Shown here: in pieces, positions 23,076 through 40,267 of the stretch
How the letters are laid out: every line of letters starts with the position of its first letter
Numbering within the stretch: the stretch's first letter is position 1
Source: Spirogloea muscicola
Taxonomy: Eukaryota
NCBI GenBank assembly: GCA_009602725.1
Contig: WELB01000031.1
Location: forward strand, 913,483-953,749
Direction of reading: 5' to 3'
DNA: 40,267 nucleotides
Translations under genes and position numbers: made by a program
The notes under the pieces: model-generated
Told to the model about the DNA's origin: nothing
Databases searched by the model: none
Seen by the model: only the letters and a program-made list of their open reading frames with translations

Positions 23076-23944
23076 GTCAGCTTGATAGCAGGTGATGTAC
23101 ATTTGATGATAGCCGCCGCCACGGCGGCGCAGGCGGATCAGAGGCGGAGAGAGGAGGAAGAGGCGGACCATCGCCTTCGCTACGGAATTGGTGTGGAGGT
23201 GGTTGATGCAGCGATGGCGGTGCGGCATGGGCGCGGCAGCCGCAAGCCTCCAGGGGGTGCGGATCCCTTGGCGGGTAGAGAGCACGGCCGCCGTGAGCAG
23301 CAGGGCGCGCGATATCCGTTGTCGTTTGCACGGTTGACGGAGGTGGCTGCAGACGGTCCAGCGGCAGTGAATGCGCAACCAGTGGTGGTCGGAGAGGCCG
23401 TGGGGCAAGTCTCCGCGCGGCAGCTAGCGGCCGCACTTATGAGAACGCCCTTGCTGTCATTGGCAAACGTGTTTGCTCAGAGTTGGCGCTGAGGAAGGCG
23501 CTGCAGCAGCACCTTCCGGGCGCGCTGGAGGGCGACGTGGCAAGGTCGAGCGACACGCCCAAGGCCGCGCGGGGGGTGAAAATTCCCCAACCGCCTTCAA
23601 CAATCAATTAGGGGCTTTCGAAAGGGGCCCCTGCAGGTCGTCTCTATCTGAGCCTGCACCCAATGATCGGGATGGAGTTGAAGAAGTGGAAGAATTTCTG
23701 CAGCAGTCCTGCATTTGGTGCCGGCGGCAGAGGCACAGTCGCATTCACCGAGCACTGGGGCCCTGGGGGCTCTGCCCATACAGGGGAGAGCCGGGCGCGT
23801 GGGGGCGGACATCCGACCGCCTACAGCGACTCAGGGGCTTCCGATGGGCTCCTGCAGGTCGATTCTACCCCTTCTGCCTGCGCTGGCATCTTTGGGTGAG
23901 AAATTGGTGGCAGTGGAGCAGCCACCAAGCAATCGTGCCGTTGG

Positions 23945-24165
23945 GCAACGCTACATTCTCATCAAGGCGGAGCATGCAAGCAAGTGGGTGGAAGTTGTGG
24001 CAATCCCAGACAAGTCCAGCTCGCTGATGGCAGCTTGCTTCTTGGATCGGGTGTTGTGCCGCTTTGGGGCCTGCGCGGAGGTGCTGACCGACGGACGCAG
24101 CGAGTTCCGTGGCGACTTCGACGAGCTCGTGGAGGTGGCTCTAATCGACCACCGGACAACTTCGC
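23945..24165 (+). pseudogene. Integrase catalytic core, N-terminal half
   Basis: YILIKAEHASKWVEVVAIPDKSS...RFGACAEVLTDGRSEF...IDHRTTS. Confidence 0.88.
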
Positions 24166-24759
24166 GCAGGACTTGCAGCCGTCCCCTATCGCCATAAAGA
24201 CGGCAACGGGAGGCGTCTCGGTGGGCCTGCGCCAGACCAAGGAGCCTATCTGTATCACCGTCAACAAGGGTGGTCCGGATGAAGTCAGCCAGGACCTTCC
24301 CTGCTTGCTCACGGAGGCTACTTCCTACGACGTGCTCCTTGGGACGGAGTTTTTTAAACCAACGGGGCGAGTATCGACGTATGGGAAGAGGTGGGGAGAT
24401 ATCGCCCCGGGGCTGCATGCGGAGAGGGGCGTCAGGTGGAGTTCGCACTGCAGCTGATAGCTGCAGCGGAGGATGGGGCCGCATTCGCTTGCTACGGAGA
24501 AGCCGTGGGTGGGTAGCGACTTGTGTGACATGCCGCAGGACGAGGCAGCCACCACGTCACTGGCACCCGTGCGGCTGGGAGCAGCTGGCGTTGGCCATAG
24601 GCCCGTGGTGCAAGCGAGGCAGGTGGAAGAGCTGGTGGACCGTGCGTGGAAGCAGCTGCCCCTGGTGGCGCAGGAGTTGCCAACGTGTCCGCCGCCGGTT
24701 GTGCAGCTGCACGGAGAGCCGCTGGTGGATAGCACGGTTATTGAGTGGCCGATCCCAGA

Positions 24760-25695
24760 CGGTGGGGTCGTCCTAGTGGAATTCTTTGCCGGCATCGCCA
24801 CCGGGTTGGCGGCGGTGCTGGCTAACGGCGTGCGCGGCAAGCGGTACGTGTACGTTGAACCAAATCTGGTGGCGCAGGCGGCAGCAGCGCACCACACCCG
24901 GCGGCTTATAGACCAGTACCCGGAGCTGCTGACCTCGGAGGCCATCGAGGGGTACCTCACCACCCTGCCGGCTGACATCCAGCTATTGGGCCATAACACC
25001 TGGGGGGATTGGGACAGGTGGACCCGGTGGTTGCAGATTGGGAGTGCCAAGGGCATTCCAGCGCTGGTGCAGGCCGAGGGTTGGCTGACCACCGCTCGCG
25101 GCTCTTCTGGGAGTTGGAGCGTATTTTGGCGCTGCTGTAGGGGGGGCAGGAGGCCCCCCTGGCATACGTGTTGGAGAACTTGCCGGCAGGCGACGACCGC
25201 CGCACAAAAAAGCGGCGTAACTTCCAGGTTGTAGAGAGCCGCATTGGGCGCGGCGTGCCTCTGAACGCAGCTGCTCTGGGCAGCCGCGCGCACCGGCTGC
25301 GAGTGAAGTGGACCAATATGGCGCAGCCAGAGGTGGTGGCAGCTGCGGCTGCGCTAGTCAAGCGCCCAGCCGGGCTGTTAGTGGCGGACATATTGGACCC
25401 AGGAAGGATGCCTCAGCCAGTGGAGGGGGACGACATCCTCCGTTCGCGCTGTGCAACAAGGTGGGGCAGCCGCGGGCGGCGCTGCCCACGCTGGTAAGCT
25501 ACAGGGCGTCTTATGCATTCAGGAGTGGAGGGCCCGGCATGGTCTGGGACAACACCACGCAGCAACTCGAGGAGCCCCTTGCCGACGAGCGGAAGCGGGC
25601 GTTGGGCTTCCGGACCCGCACAACCGCAGCCCCTGGCTCACCGAGAGGCAGAGCCGGAAGATGTTGGGGCAGGCGATGGATCTGAGGGCTCTCAG
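24760..25695 (+). pseudogene. C5 cytosine DNA methyltransferase domain (DNMT3-like motifs), frameshifted
   Basis: Motif I LVEFFAGIATG; motif IV VD.VVA.WECQGHSSAG (Cys codon 25045-25047); GLADHRSRLFWE; motif VI YVLENL (25174); motif VIII GSRAHRLR..WTN; motif IX ERKRALGF; motif X RKMLGQAMD. About three frameshifts and a TAG at 25138. Confidence 0.9.
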
Positions 25696-25999
25696 TGGGG
25701 CGCAGGGGCTCTACATACAGTGGGCAGCCCGAGCAGGCGCTGGCGGCTTTTCACTGAGGGGTGGGAGTAGAGTCGCAGCACGAACAGTTGGCGCACAAGG
25801 CCGCGTGGGGGGCGGACACCCCGACTGCCTGCAGCAACGATTTGAGGGCTTCCGAAAGGGGCCCCTGCAGGTCGATTCAATTCCTTTTGCCTGCTTCGGC
25901 ATCCTTGGGTGAGGAATCGGTGGCAGTGAAGCAGCCACCAAGCACTCGTGCCGGTGGGGCGGTCCTTGCAAGGGGGAGCCCGTCGCTGCATGGGGCCCA

Positions 26000-26480
26000 G
26001 CAGCAGGCGGATGGGCTGGCGGAGCTGATGGTCCAGACAGTCGAGAAAGGATTGCGGAAGTTTTGCCTGGAGAGGGACACCAGGGATTGGAATCTTTTCC
26101 TTCCTTGGTTGCTGATGCGGTACCGAATGAGTAAGCAGGCGGCGTTGGCGAGCTACTCGCCATACTTCTTGCTCTTTGGCAGGCATCCTCTGCTGCCAGC
26201 TGCCATCCGACCGCAGGTGGAGCCAGTGGTGGACATGAACAGCCCAGGGCGCTGGGTGGCGATCTGCGAGGAGCGCGGGAGGCTCTTCCGCAGGGTCATG
26301 CCGATGGCGATGGACAACCTGGCGGTGGCGCAGCATCGCGACAAGCTGCGTTACGCGCAGGTGCGATCGGCCAAGCACCAGCCACGGGTGATGAAGTTCG
26401 AGAAGGGCGACTACGTGTACGTGCAGCGCCAGCAGCGCAGCACCTTGGACGCGGGTGTCCGGCGGGTCGTCTTGCAAGTG
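26000..26480 (+). pseudogene. Integrase catalytic core, C-terminal half, and downstream region
   Basis: QADGLAELMVQTVEKGL...WNLFLPW...YRMSKQ...SPYFLLFGRHP...FEKGDYVYV. Confidence 0.88.
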
Positions 26481-26612
26481 AAGTGTGTGGTGGCTTGAAC
26501 ACCAACTATGCTGCTATGCGATCGTTGTAATGAGGGGTGGCACACTGGCTGCCTGCAACCACCTCTTGCTGAGGTGCCGGCGGGGCAGTGGTTGTGCCCG
26601 CGCTGCGCATAG
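26480..26612 (+). pseudogene. PHD finger at the pol C-terminus
   Basis: EVCGG (shifted frame), then MLLCDRCNEGWHTGCLQPPLAEVPAGQWLCPRCA* from ATG 26508. This is a C4HC3 PHD pattern not shown in the ORF track. Confidence 0.92.
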
Positions 26613-26673
26613 CGCTGTCATACTTAGGATGCTTAAACCTCAAAGGATGCAGCTGCCTCAGGTCCAGGCAGCT

Positions 26674-26850
26674 GGGGGGGGGGGTGTGGTGACTCTTCTG
26701 CCACAATCTTTGCAGGTCTGCTCATGTGGCAGTGAGGCCATGCAGGGCAGGCTACTGCTAGCTAACAAAGCCGAGTCCTGGCCTTGAGGCAGAGCTTCAG
26801 GTGTTGGCACTTCGACGCATAGTGAGCTCTACACGAGCAGGCACGACAGG
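26674..26850 (+). repeat. G-run PPT and start of 3' LTR (family C)
   Basis: G11 tract at 26674-26684, then TGTGGTGA at 26685, preceded by the hairpin CAGCTGCCT-N7-AGGCAGCTG. The right end could not be determined. Confidence 0.7.
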
Positions 26851-27934
26851 GATCATTGAGCGCCCGGTCATAGCAGCTAAGTGATCTGTGTGTTCAGGGC
26901 CCTCTCAAAAGGCTTTCTCCTTGGAACCTTGTCCCGCAATCATACGGGACTGGGTTTGGATAAGCCACCGCCCCTTTTGAAAGAGACTCAGCATTGCTCA
27001 AACAACCCTGGTTGACAGTCGCGTCGTCGTGCCTAGTACCCCCTGGTCAACCGACGCAAGTCATATAAACATCACCGGAAGATGCGGCGCAATGCGTATG
27101 CAGCGAAGATTGTTGGCACGATGAAATTAAACAGTAGCAGCTGAAGCTCGGCCTGCCCGCAGATGCACGGCGAATGCAAGGAAGAGCTGTGAGCGAGACT
27201 GAGAGGGGACTAGGAGACCTTGCTGGGGCCAGACAAGGCACTACTCCAGATCACTTCCAACAGATCACTGCGGTGACGGCGCCCAGCTGCTGCTGAGGGG
27301 GGTGTCAGCAACCCCAACGCCGTCCAGGCTACCAGCAAGTGTATTTTGGTCGGCTAAGGTCGTCTAATATGTGGATGTCAGGATGCACAGCGGCAGCAGC
27401 CTGGCGATCAGAATGGGCAACCGCGATCCCATGGTCTGTGCACGGCAGCCTGGGTACTACGCACAGCAATGGACTAGGCGGCCTGGCCACACTTACAGGG
27501 GTAACCACCAACAAGCGCCACAGCCCCAGGCCTCTCAGCTATCACTTCCTTGTCAAGTGCTTCGTCCTCGCATGCCAACGACTCCTGACTTGCGGACAGT
27601 GCATCCCGGCCTTGCGGGTCAAACGCTCCAACATGAGCTAGACGACGGGTCGTTCATATGACGGCTCTCCGAATCACGTGACATCTGCGTATCATGTAAC
27701 TTTTGCACTTGTCCACTGGGGCTAGAGTCAACAAGATCAAATGATACTCTGCTTCCACGTTAGCTGCAATAATGTCTGTAAGTAGGTAGTCATGTACGGG
27801 GCCTTCACTCTCTGGATCACGTCGAGAACGTCGCTCTAATGAATTGGTCATTAAATTCTTGAATGCAGGAACGGTCAACCCTGAAAGCCGGTGTGCACTT
27901 TGGGGCGTCAGAATCCCATGATGTCTTCTCACTG

Positions 27935-36298
<8,364 letters not shown>

Positions 36299-36429
36299 GC
36301 CGGCCCGCCTGCGCGCCGCGCCTGGCCCGGCCCAGCTCGCGCGAGCCGCCGTCGGCTCCTCCCGCTCTGCTGACCAGGGGCTGCCGGGCTCCCCCGCCGC
36401 CGGTGGCCACTTGGTTCGTGGTGTGCGTG

Positions 36430-37530
36430 CTTCAGCTGACTCGGGGCTCCCAAGCTTCTCGGACCCGAGGCTGCTTAGGGGGCGATGCCCGGCTTCAACG
36501 CCGCCGCTTCGCTCGCACAAGTCCTCCGCATGTTGATGTTGCTCACTCGTGGGTACTGAGCTTTCCTCTGCATCGTTTGTGTGTTCTGCAGTATGTTGTA
36601 GTGTAGTCCTTTCTCCGGCTCCTCTTGCTTTGGCTTTGGACATTGTCCATTCTTTTTTGGGCTGGCTTTGCCAGCCCCTCTTTTCTATGGGCGCGCTCTT
36701 CTCTTTCCGCATCCGCCTGGCCGTATCGCTTCAACGCTCCCTTGCCCACGCTGTCCACACGCAAGCAGGCCGTGCCATGGCCGCCGCCTCTGGGTCTCGG
36801 CGGAGTGCCTCTTTCCCTGCAGCGAGCAACTCAGACCTGATGTTGCTCACTCGTGGATACTGAGCTTCCCTCTGCAGCGTCTATGTGTATTGCAGTGTTT
36901 TGTAGTGTAGTCTTTTTCCGGCTCCTCTTTCTTTGGCTTCGGACATTGTCCATTCGTTTTTGGGCTGGCTTTGCCAGCCCCTCTTCTCTATGGGCGAGAA
37001 CTTCCATTTGCTTAGCAGGGGTTACTGAGTGCTTCGTGGCTGCTTCGGTTCTTCTTGTGCTTGTTCTTCTTAGTGCTTCCCCTGGCCCCTTCTCGTACTT
37101 TGTTCGTTCTTTCTTGGCTGGCCTTCTCCAGCCCCTATCCTCAATGGGCGAGCCCTTCTCTCCTAAGCTCCCATCCCCTGCTAGGCTATGCAAGAGCCTG
37201 GGGCCTTTCGCCCTCTCCTGGAAGCGTCGTTCCTATTTCGGCCCGCTCTCTCTTCTGACATTGTACGTCCTTCCGGGCTGGCCTTGCCAGATCTTGCTGG
37301 GCTGGCTTGCTGGGAAGAGCTATTGCCCTTTCCAGGCTCACGCCGCACGTTTGACGGGCAGGCCGCTCGCTTTGTCTGCTGCTTCTGGGTCTCGACGTTG
37401 TGCCATTTCTCCGGCTGCAAGCTGCTACTCTCACTTGCAGCAGCCTCTGGCTTGCGCAGCGGGGTTGCTCTTCCTCCCCTCAGCTCATCTGACTTCCTAC
37501 TGCTGACCCGGGGGTACTAAGAGCGCCCTG
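36430..37530 (+). mobile_element. Head-to-tail array of RLE-element 3' stubs
   Basis: LLTRGY*/LLSRGY* ends at ~36559, 36863, 37028 and 37520, each (except the last) followed by the GGCTGGC..CCAGCCC UTR motif. Confidence 0.75.
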
Positions 37531-37829
37531 TCTGCCTAGCCTGTGGCTCCGTCAAGAAAACCTGTATGCATCTGGCTGGCTTTCACAGCTCTATTGATGT
37601 CAGCAGCCGCATTCTCCGGCTGTATGCTTACAGCACACTCCCTCTAAAGCTTGTGCCTTCCCATCGGCCCGTTTGGAAGTGCTTCTTCTCCATCGGAAGA
37701 GCCTCTTGTTGGAAGTAAGCACTTCCCAAGGGCAAATCTTCCTGGCAAAGGGCTGTGAAAACCTGAAGCTCTTGCGAAGAGCGCGAGGGCTGGAAACCGG
37801 AAGCAGATCCAAGGGCTGTCCAGAAAGTG

Positions 37830-39745
37830 AAGTGGCTCTCCAATGGGGGCAAGGCTGAGCAAGGTTCGAAGAGAAGTGCGCGGCGATAGAGAAGAGGGGC
37901 TGGCAAAGCCAGACCAAAAAAGAATGGACAATGTCCAAAGCCAAAGAAAGAGGAGCCGGAAAAACGACTACAGTACAAAACACTGCAGAACACATAGACG
38001 ATGCAGAGGGAAGCTCAGTACCCACGAGTGAGCAACATCAGGTCTGAATAGCTCGCTGCAGCAGGGAAAGAGGCACTCCGCCGAGACCCAGAGGCGGCGG
38101 CCATAGCACGGCCTGCCCGCGTGTGGACGGCGTGGGCAAGGGAGCGTTGAAGCGATACGGCCGTGCTCGAAGGAGCCTGCCTTCGTCTTGCTGGTGGGCG
38201 AGCTGCGGCGTCGTGCAACGAGCGAGGGAGACCAGCCCCGCCAGGTCCCGCAGCTGCGGACGACTGCAGGGGAGGTGGTGACATCATGAGGCCTCCCCAT
38301 TGGCCAGCAGCCCCCGCCCTGCGCCCCCGTGGCGCGCAGGCCGGGCGCCTTGCCGCCTTGCCGTCCGCCTCCCATTCATACAGCATCTTCCAACCATACA
38401 TTGTTTTGAGATCAGGAGGACATAACGTGCCATCACCTGCTTTAATCATACCAGTGTGCATTTGATCCAAGATGGAAGGCAGTGGTGTGCAAGGCCAGCC
38501 CAGAAAGAATGGACAACGTCCAAAGGGCCGAAAGGCGCCAAAATCACACAAACTATGCAAGAGACTACAGCTAATGGGAGGTTAGTAGCAAGCGCGGCCA
38601 GATTAAGTGGTGGCTGGGAGAGGCCAGCCCAAAAGAATGGACAGTAACGCCGAGTCAGCAGCCGCTAGTCAGAGTAACTTGCGGCTGAACAGAGAGGAAG
38701 TGGCTCTCCCAATGAGGGCAAGGGCTGTGAGAAGCCAGCCCGAAAAGAATTGACAAGGTTCGAAGGGGCCAAATTACGAGCTAAGCAGCGACTGCGGGGC
38801 CTGAAGAGGCTATGGCAGAACTGGGGAGGATGGACACTCAGTAGTTACGAGTGAGGAGCCTCACATCCGACAGACTAGCTGCCGGAAAACTATCCCCCTG
38901 AAAAGAGAGGAGGCGAGCGGTGACCATGTGAATGAAAAGGAGGCCAATCCGGGCCTTACAAACGTCCTGGTAACGGGGCTTTGAGCTGGCTAAGGGGGAC
39001 AGACATATCCTCGAGTCAGCACATACATATTGACAAGCTAAGCTGAGGGGCCAGACCACCGCCATGCAAGCCGTTAACCTGGCCTAAAGCACGCCCTGCA
39101 CGCTGGTGTATCGCGAGTGCCTGGGAGCGCTGCAGACATAATGATAGCCGCATTCTATGGCAAGCAACAATGGCTTGCGGGATGCAAGAGAAACAGCGCT
39201 GCCGAATCGACTGGCGGCTATGAATGCCCTAAGCTACCCGCCCGACTTCGTCGGTGGGCATCGATGTATTGGGCCAGGCGATGGAGGAGGGAAGACCACT
39301 TCATTCCGTAGCCGCCGCATATGTCCTTGGCGCATGGGAAGAAGTGGTCGCCCCGGGGGTGGTCCATACAATGCCTCTCCTTCTTCTCCGCATGATGTGT
39401 CGCCCAACCTGGCACATGCGTCCCCCTGGTTGGGATGCATCAACACGAACGACGTCGAGGAGGATACGAGGCCCACCGCTCCGGGGGGTAACAACCACAT
39501 CCAGACGCCTGATGTAAGGTCTGCCGCGCTTCTGGAGTACCGGCATGATGCCCGGCACCTCCGTGGCCGCATGAAAACCTGCCTCGCAGACAAATCCATA
39601 CATAGCATCTCCCAGGAGATTGTGGGAGGCATTACGTTCACCTCCCTCAATACATCGAAGCATGTGAGTTGCCAGCGAGATCTCGTCCTCTGAACGATGG
39701 CCACTTTCACACTGTCGAATGCCAGGGGGGAGGCCGAGGCGGTTG
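37830..39745 (-). mobile_element. Oppositely oriented RLE-element array ending in the longest copy (zinc-knuckle-like region plus PD-(D/E)xK endonuclease), 5'-truncated
   Basis: RLGLP...QCESGH...HMLRCIEGGERNASHNLL...TEVP...RRLDVVV...ILLDVVRVD, then (shifted) AEKKERH..HPRGDHFFP...LHRLA, and SDVRLLTRNY* at 38838. 37875-38162 is an inverted copy of ~36715-37000. Confidence 0.8.
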
Positions 39746-39862
39746 GCATCGACCCAGCTGAGGGCCGCAGCGGCAATGGCCGCATCTTGGGGTCCACCGG
39801 CCTCACGGGTATGGGGCGTGCGGCCTAAGAGCACCACGTCGCGCGCCGTAAGGGCCATGTCG
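39742..39862 (-). pseudogene. Fragment of a bacterial iron/heme/cobalamin ABC transporter ATPase (HmuV/FecE-like)
   Basis: ALTARDVVLLGRTPH......QDAAIAAAALSWVDA..L matches the family segment (F/L)TVxDVVxLGRxPH...DxxxxxxALxxVD that lies between the Q-loop and the signature motif. Confidence 0.72.
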
Positions 39863-39885
39863 TGGGCATGGAAGGCGAGAAGAAA

Positions 39886-40058
39886 AAGATTGTTGGCGGG
39901 GCGGAGGCCCAAACCGCATCAAGGAGTATGCTGTCATGACCACCCCCAGCGCCTAGGGTAAAATTACCCAAATTATTGGCCCCGCCGTGGACGTGCAGTT
40001 CCCCGCGGGGCACATGCCAGCCCTCAATGCTGCCTTAACCCTGACCAACCCGATCATC
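39886..40058 (+). pseudogene. atpD: Bacterial F1 ATP synthase atpG 3' end, Shine-Dalgarno site and atpD 5' end
   Basis: IVGGAEAQTA (gamma C-terminal motif EIVGGAEA); AAGGAG at 39921-39926; ATG 39936 gives [38 protein letters not shown] (beta N-terminus), with an in-frame TAG at 39954. Confidence 0.85.
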
Positions 40059-40222
40059 GCGCGCCACCACGCAGCTTGGTGGGGCATTGAAGGTCAGCCC
40101 CTTAGCGGCAAAGGTGTTAACGTTGACATTGATGGTAGCGCTGGCCAAAGCCCCGTTGTCATTGCGGGCGGTCACGCGCAAGGGCACCGCGGTAATCTTT
40201 TTCCGCGGCGCGTCGCGGCTTG
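40059..40222 (-). pseudogene. Possible fragment of a bacterial Ig-like/surface protein
   Basis: Open minus frame ...[27 protein letters not shown]..., resembling the terminal strands of PKD/cadherin/Big-type Ig folds. Confidence 0.4.
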
Positions 40223-40224
40223 AG

Positions 40225-40267
40225 TGTAGGGTTCAGGGTTCAGGGTTCAGGGTTGAGGGTTCAGGGT
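40225..40267 (+). repeat. Telomere-like heptamer array (TTCAGGG)n at the window end
   Basis: TGTAGGG (TTCAGGG)3 TTGAGGG TTCAGGG T, with the G-rich strand pointing outward. Confidence 0.75.

Larger units (their letters stand above)
20120..26850 (+). mobile_element. Scrambled remains of Ty3/Gypsy element(s) carrying a C5 DNA methyltransferase and a PHD finger
   Basis: Gag-like region with zinc knuckle, LDTGA protease, DNMT motifs, integrase core halves, PHD, G-run PPT and an LTR starting TGTGGTGA. No RT found in this stretch. Confidence 0.82.

Noticed and set aside
24473..25695. A host DNMT gene with introns, or a bacterial restriction-modification methylase
   Set aside because: The frame changes are small indels without splice signals, and the domain is embedded among protease, integrase, PHD and LTR sequence.
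27330..27440. Possible non-LTR RT remnant on minus (AAAVHPDIHILDDL, like AHP....YLDD)
   Set aside because: It is too short and degenerate to support without a profile search.
36655..36690. Rho-independent terminator
   Set aside because: The hairpin with pyrimidine flanks resembles one, but it belongs to a repeated eukaryotic retroelement 3' UTR.
39301..39912. Single 203-aa ORF as a real fusion protein
   Set aside because: It is an in-frame accident joining the HmuV-like fragment to a frameshifted RLE remnant, with no credible start and degenerate motifs.
39936..40058. Plastid atpB or mitochondrial insertion (NUPT/NUMT)
   Set aside because: The upstream gamma-subunit end plus SD reflects a bacterial operon order that green-plant organelles do not have.

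Overview
GC-rich eukaryotic nuclear DNA, most likely from a streptophyte (charophyte-grade) green alga, which appears to run into a chromosome end. (1) 1-27,000 is a dense, scrambled graveyard of retroelements. It holds two chromovirus-type Ty3/Gypsy elements with LTR/PBS/PPT, solo LTRs, Copia remnants and many 3' stubs of a restriction-like-endonuclease (RLE, CRE-like) non-LTR element. It also holds a decayed Gypsy element carrying a C5 DNA methyltransferase and a PHD finger. (2) 27,935-36,298 (minus) is an apparently intact ABCC/MRP transporter of the Arabidopsis ABCC1/ABCC2 type, with at least 25 exons, one GC-AG intron and an N gap in exon 1. (3) 36,430-39,745 is a set of converging head-to-tail arrays of the RLE element. 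(4) 39,742-40,222 holds three short bacterial-looking gene fragments: an HmuV/FecE-like ABC ATPase, an atpG-atpD operon junction with a Shine-Dalgarno site, and an Ig-like fragment. They are fused to the truncated 5' end of the RLE element and capped directly by (TTCAGGG)n telomere-like repeats. All assignments come from manual translation and motif recognition with no database search. TE boundaries are approximate unless a terminal motif is given.
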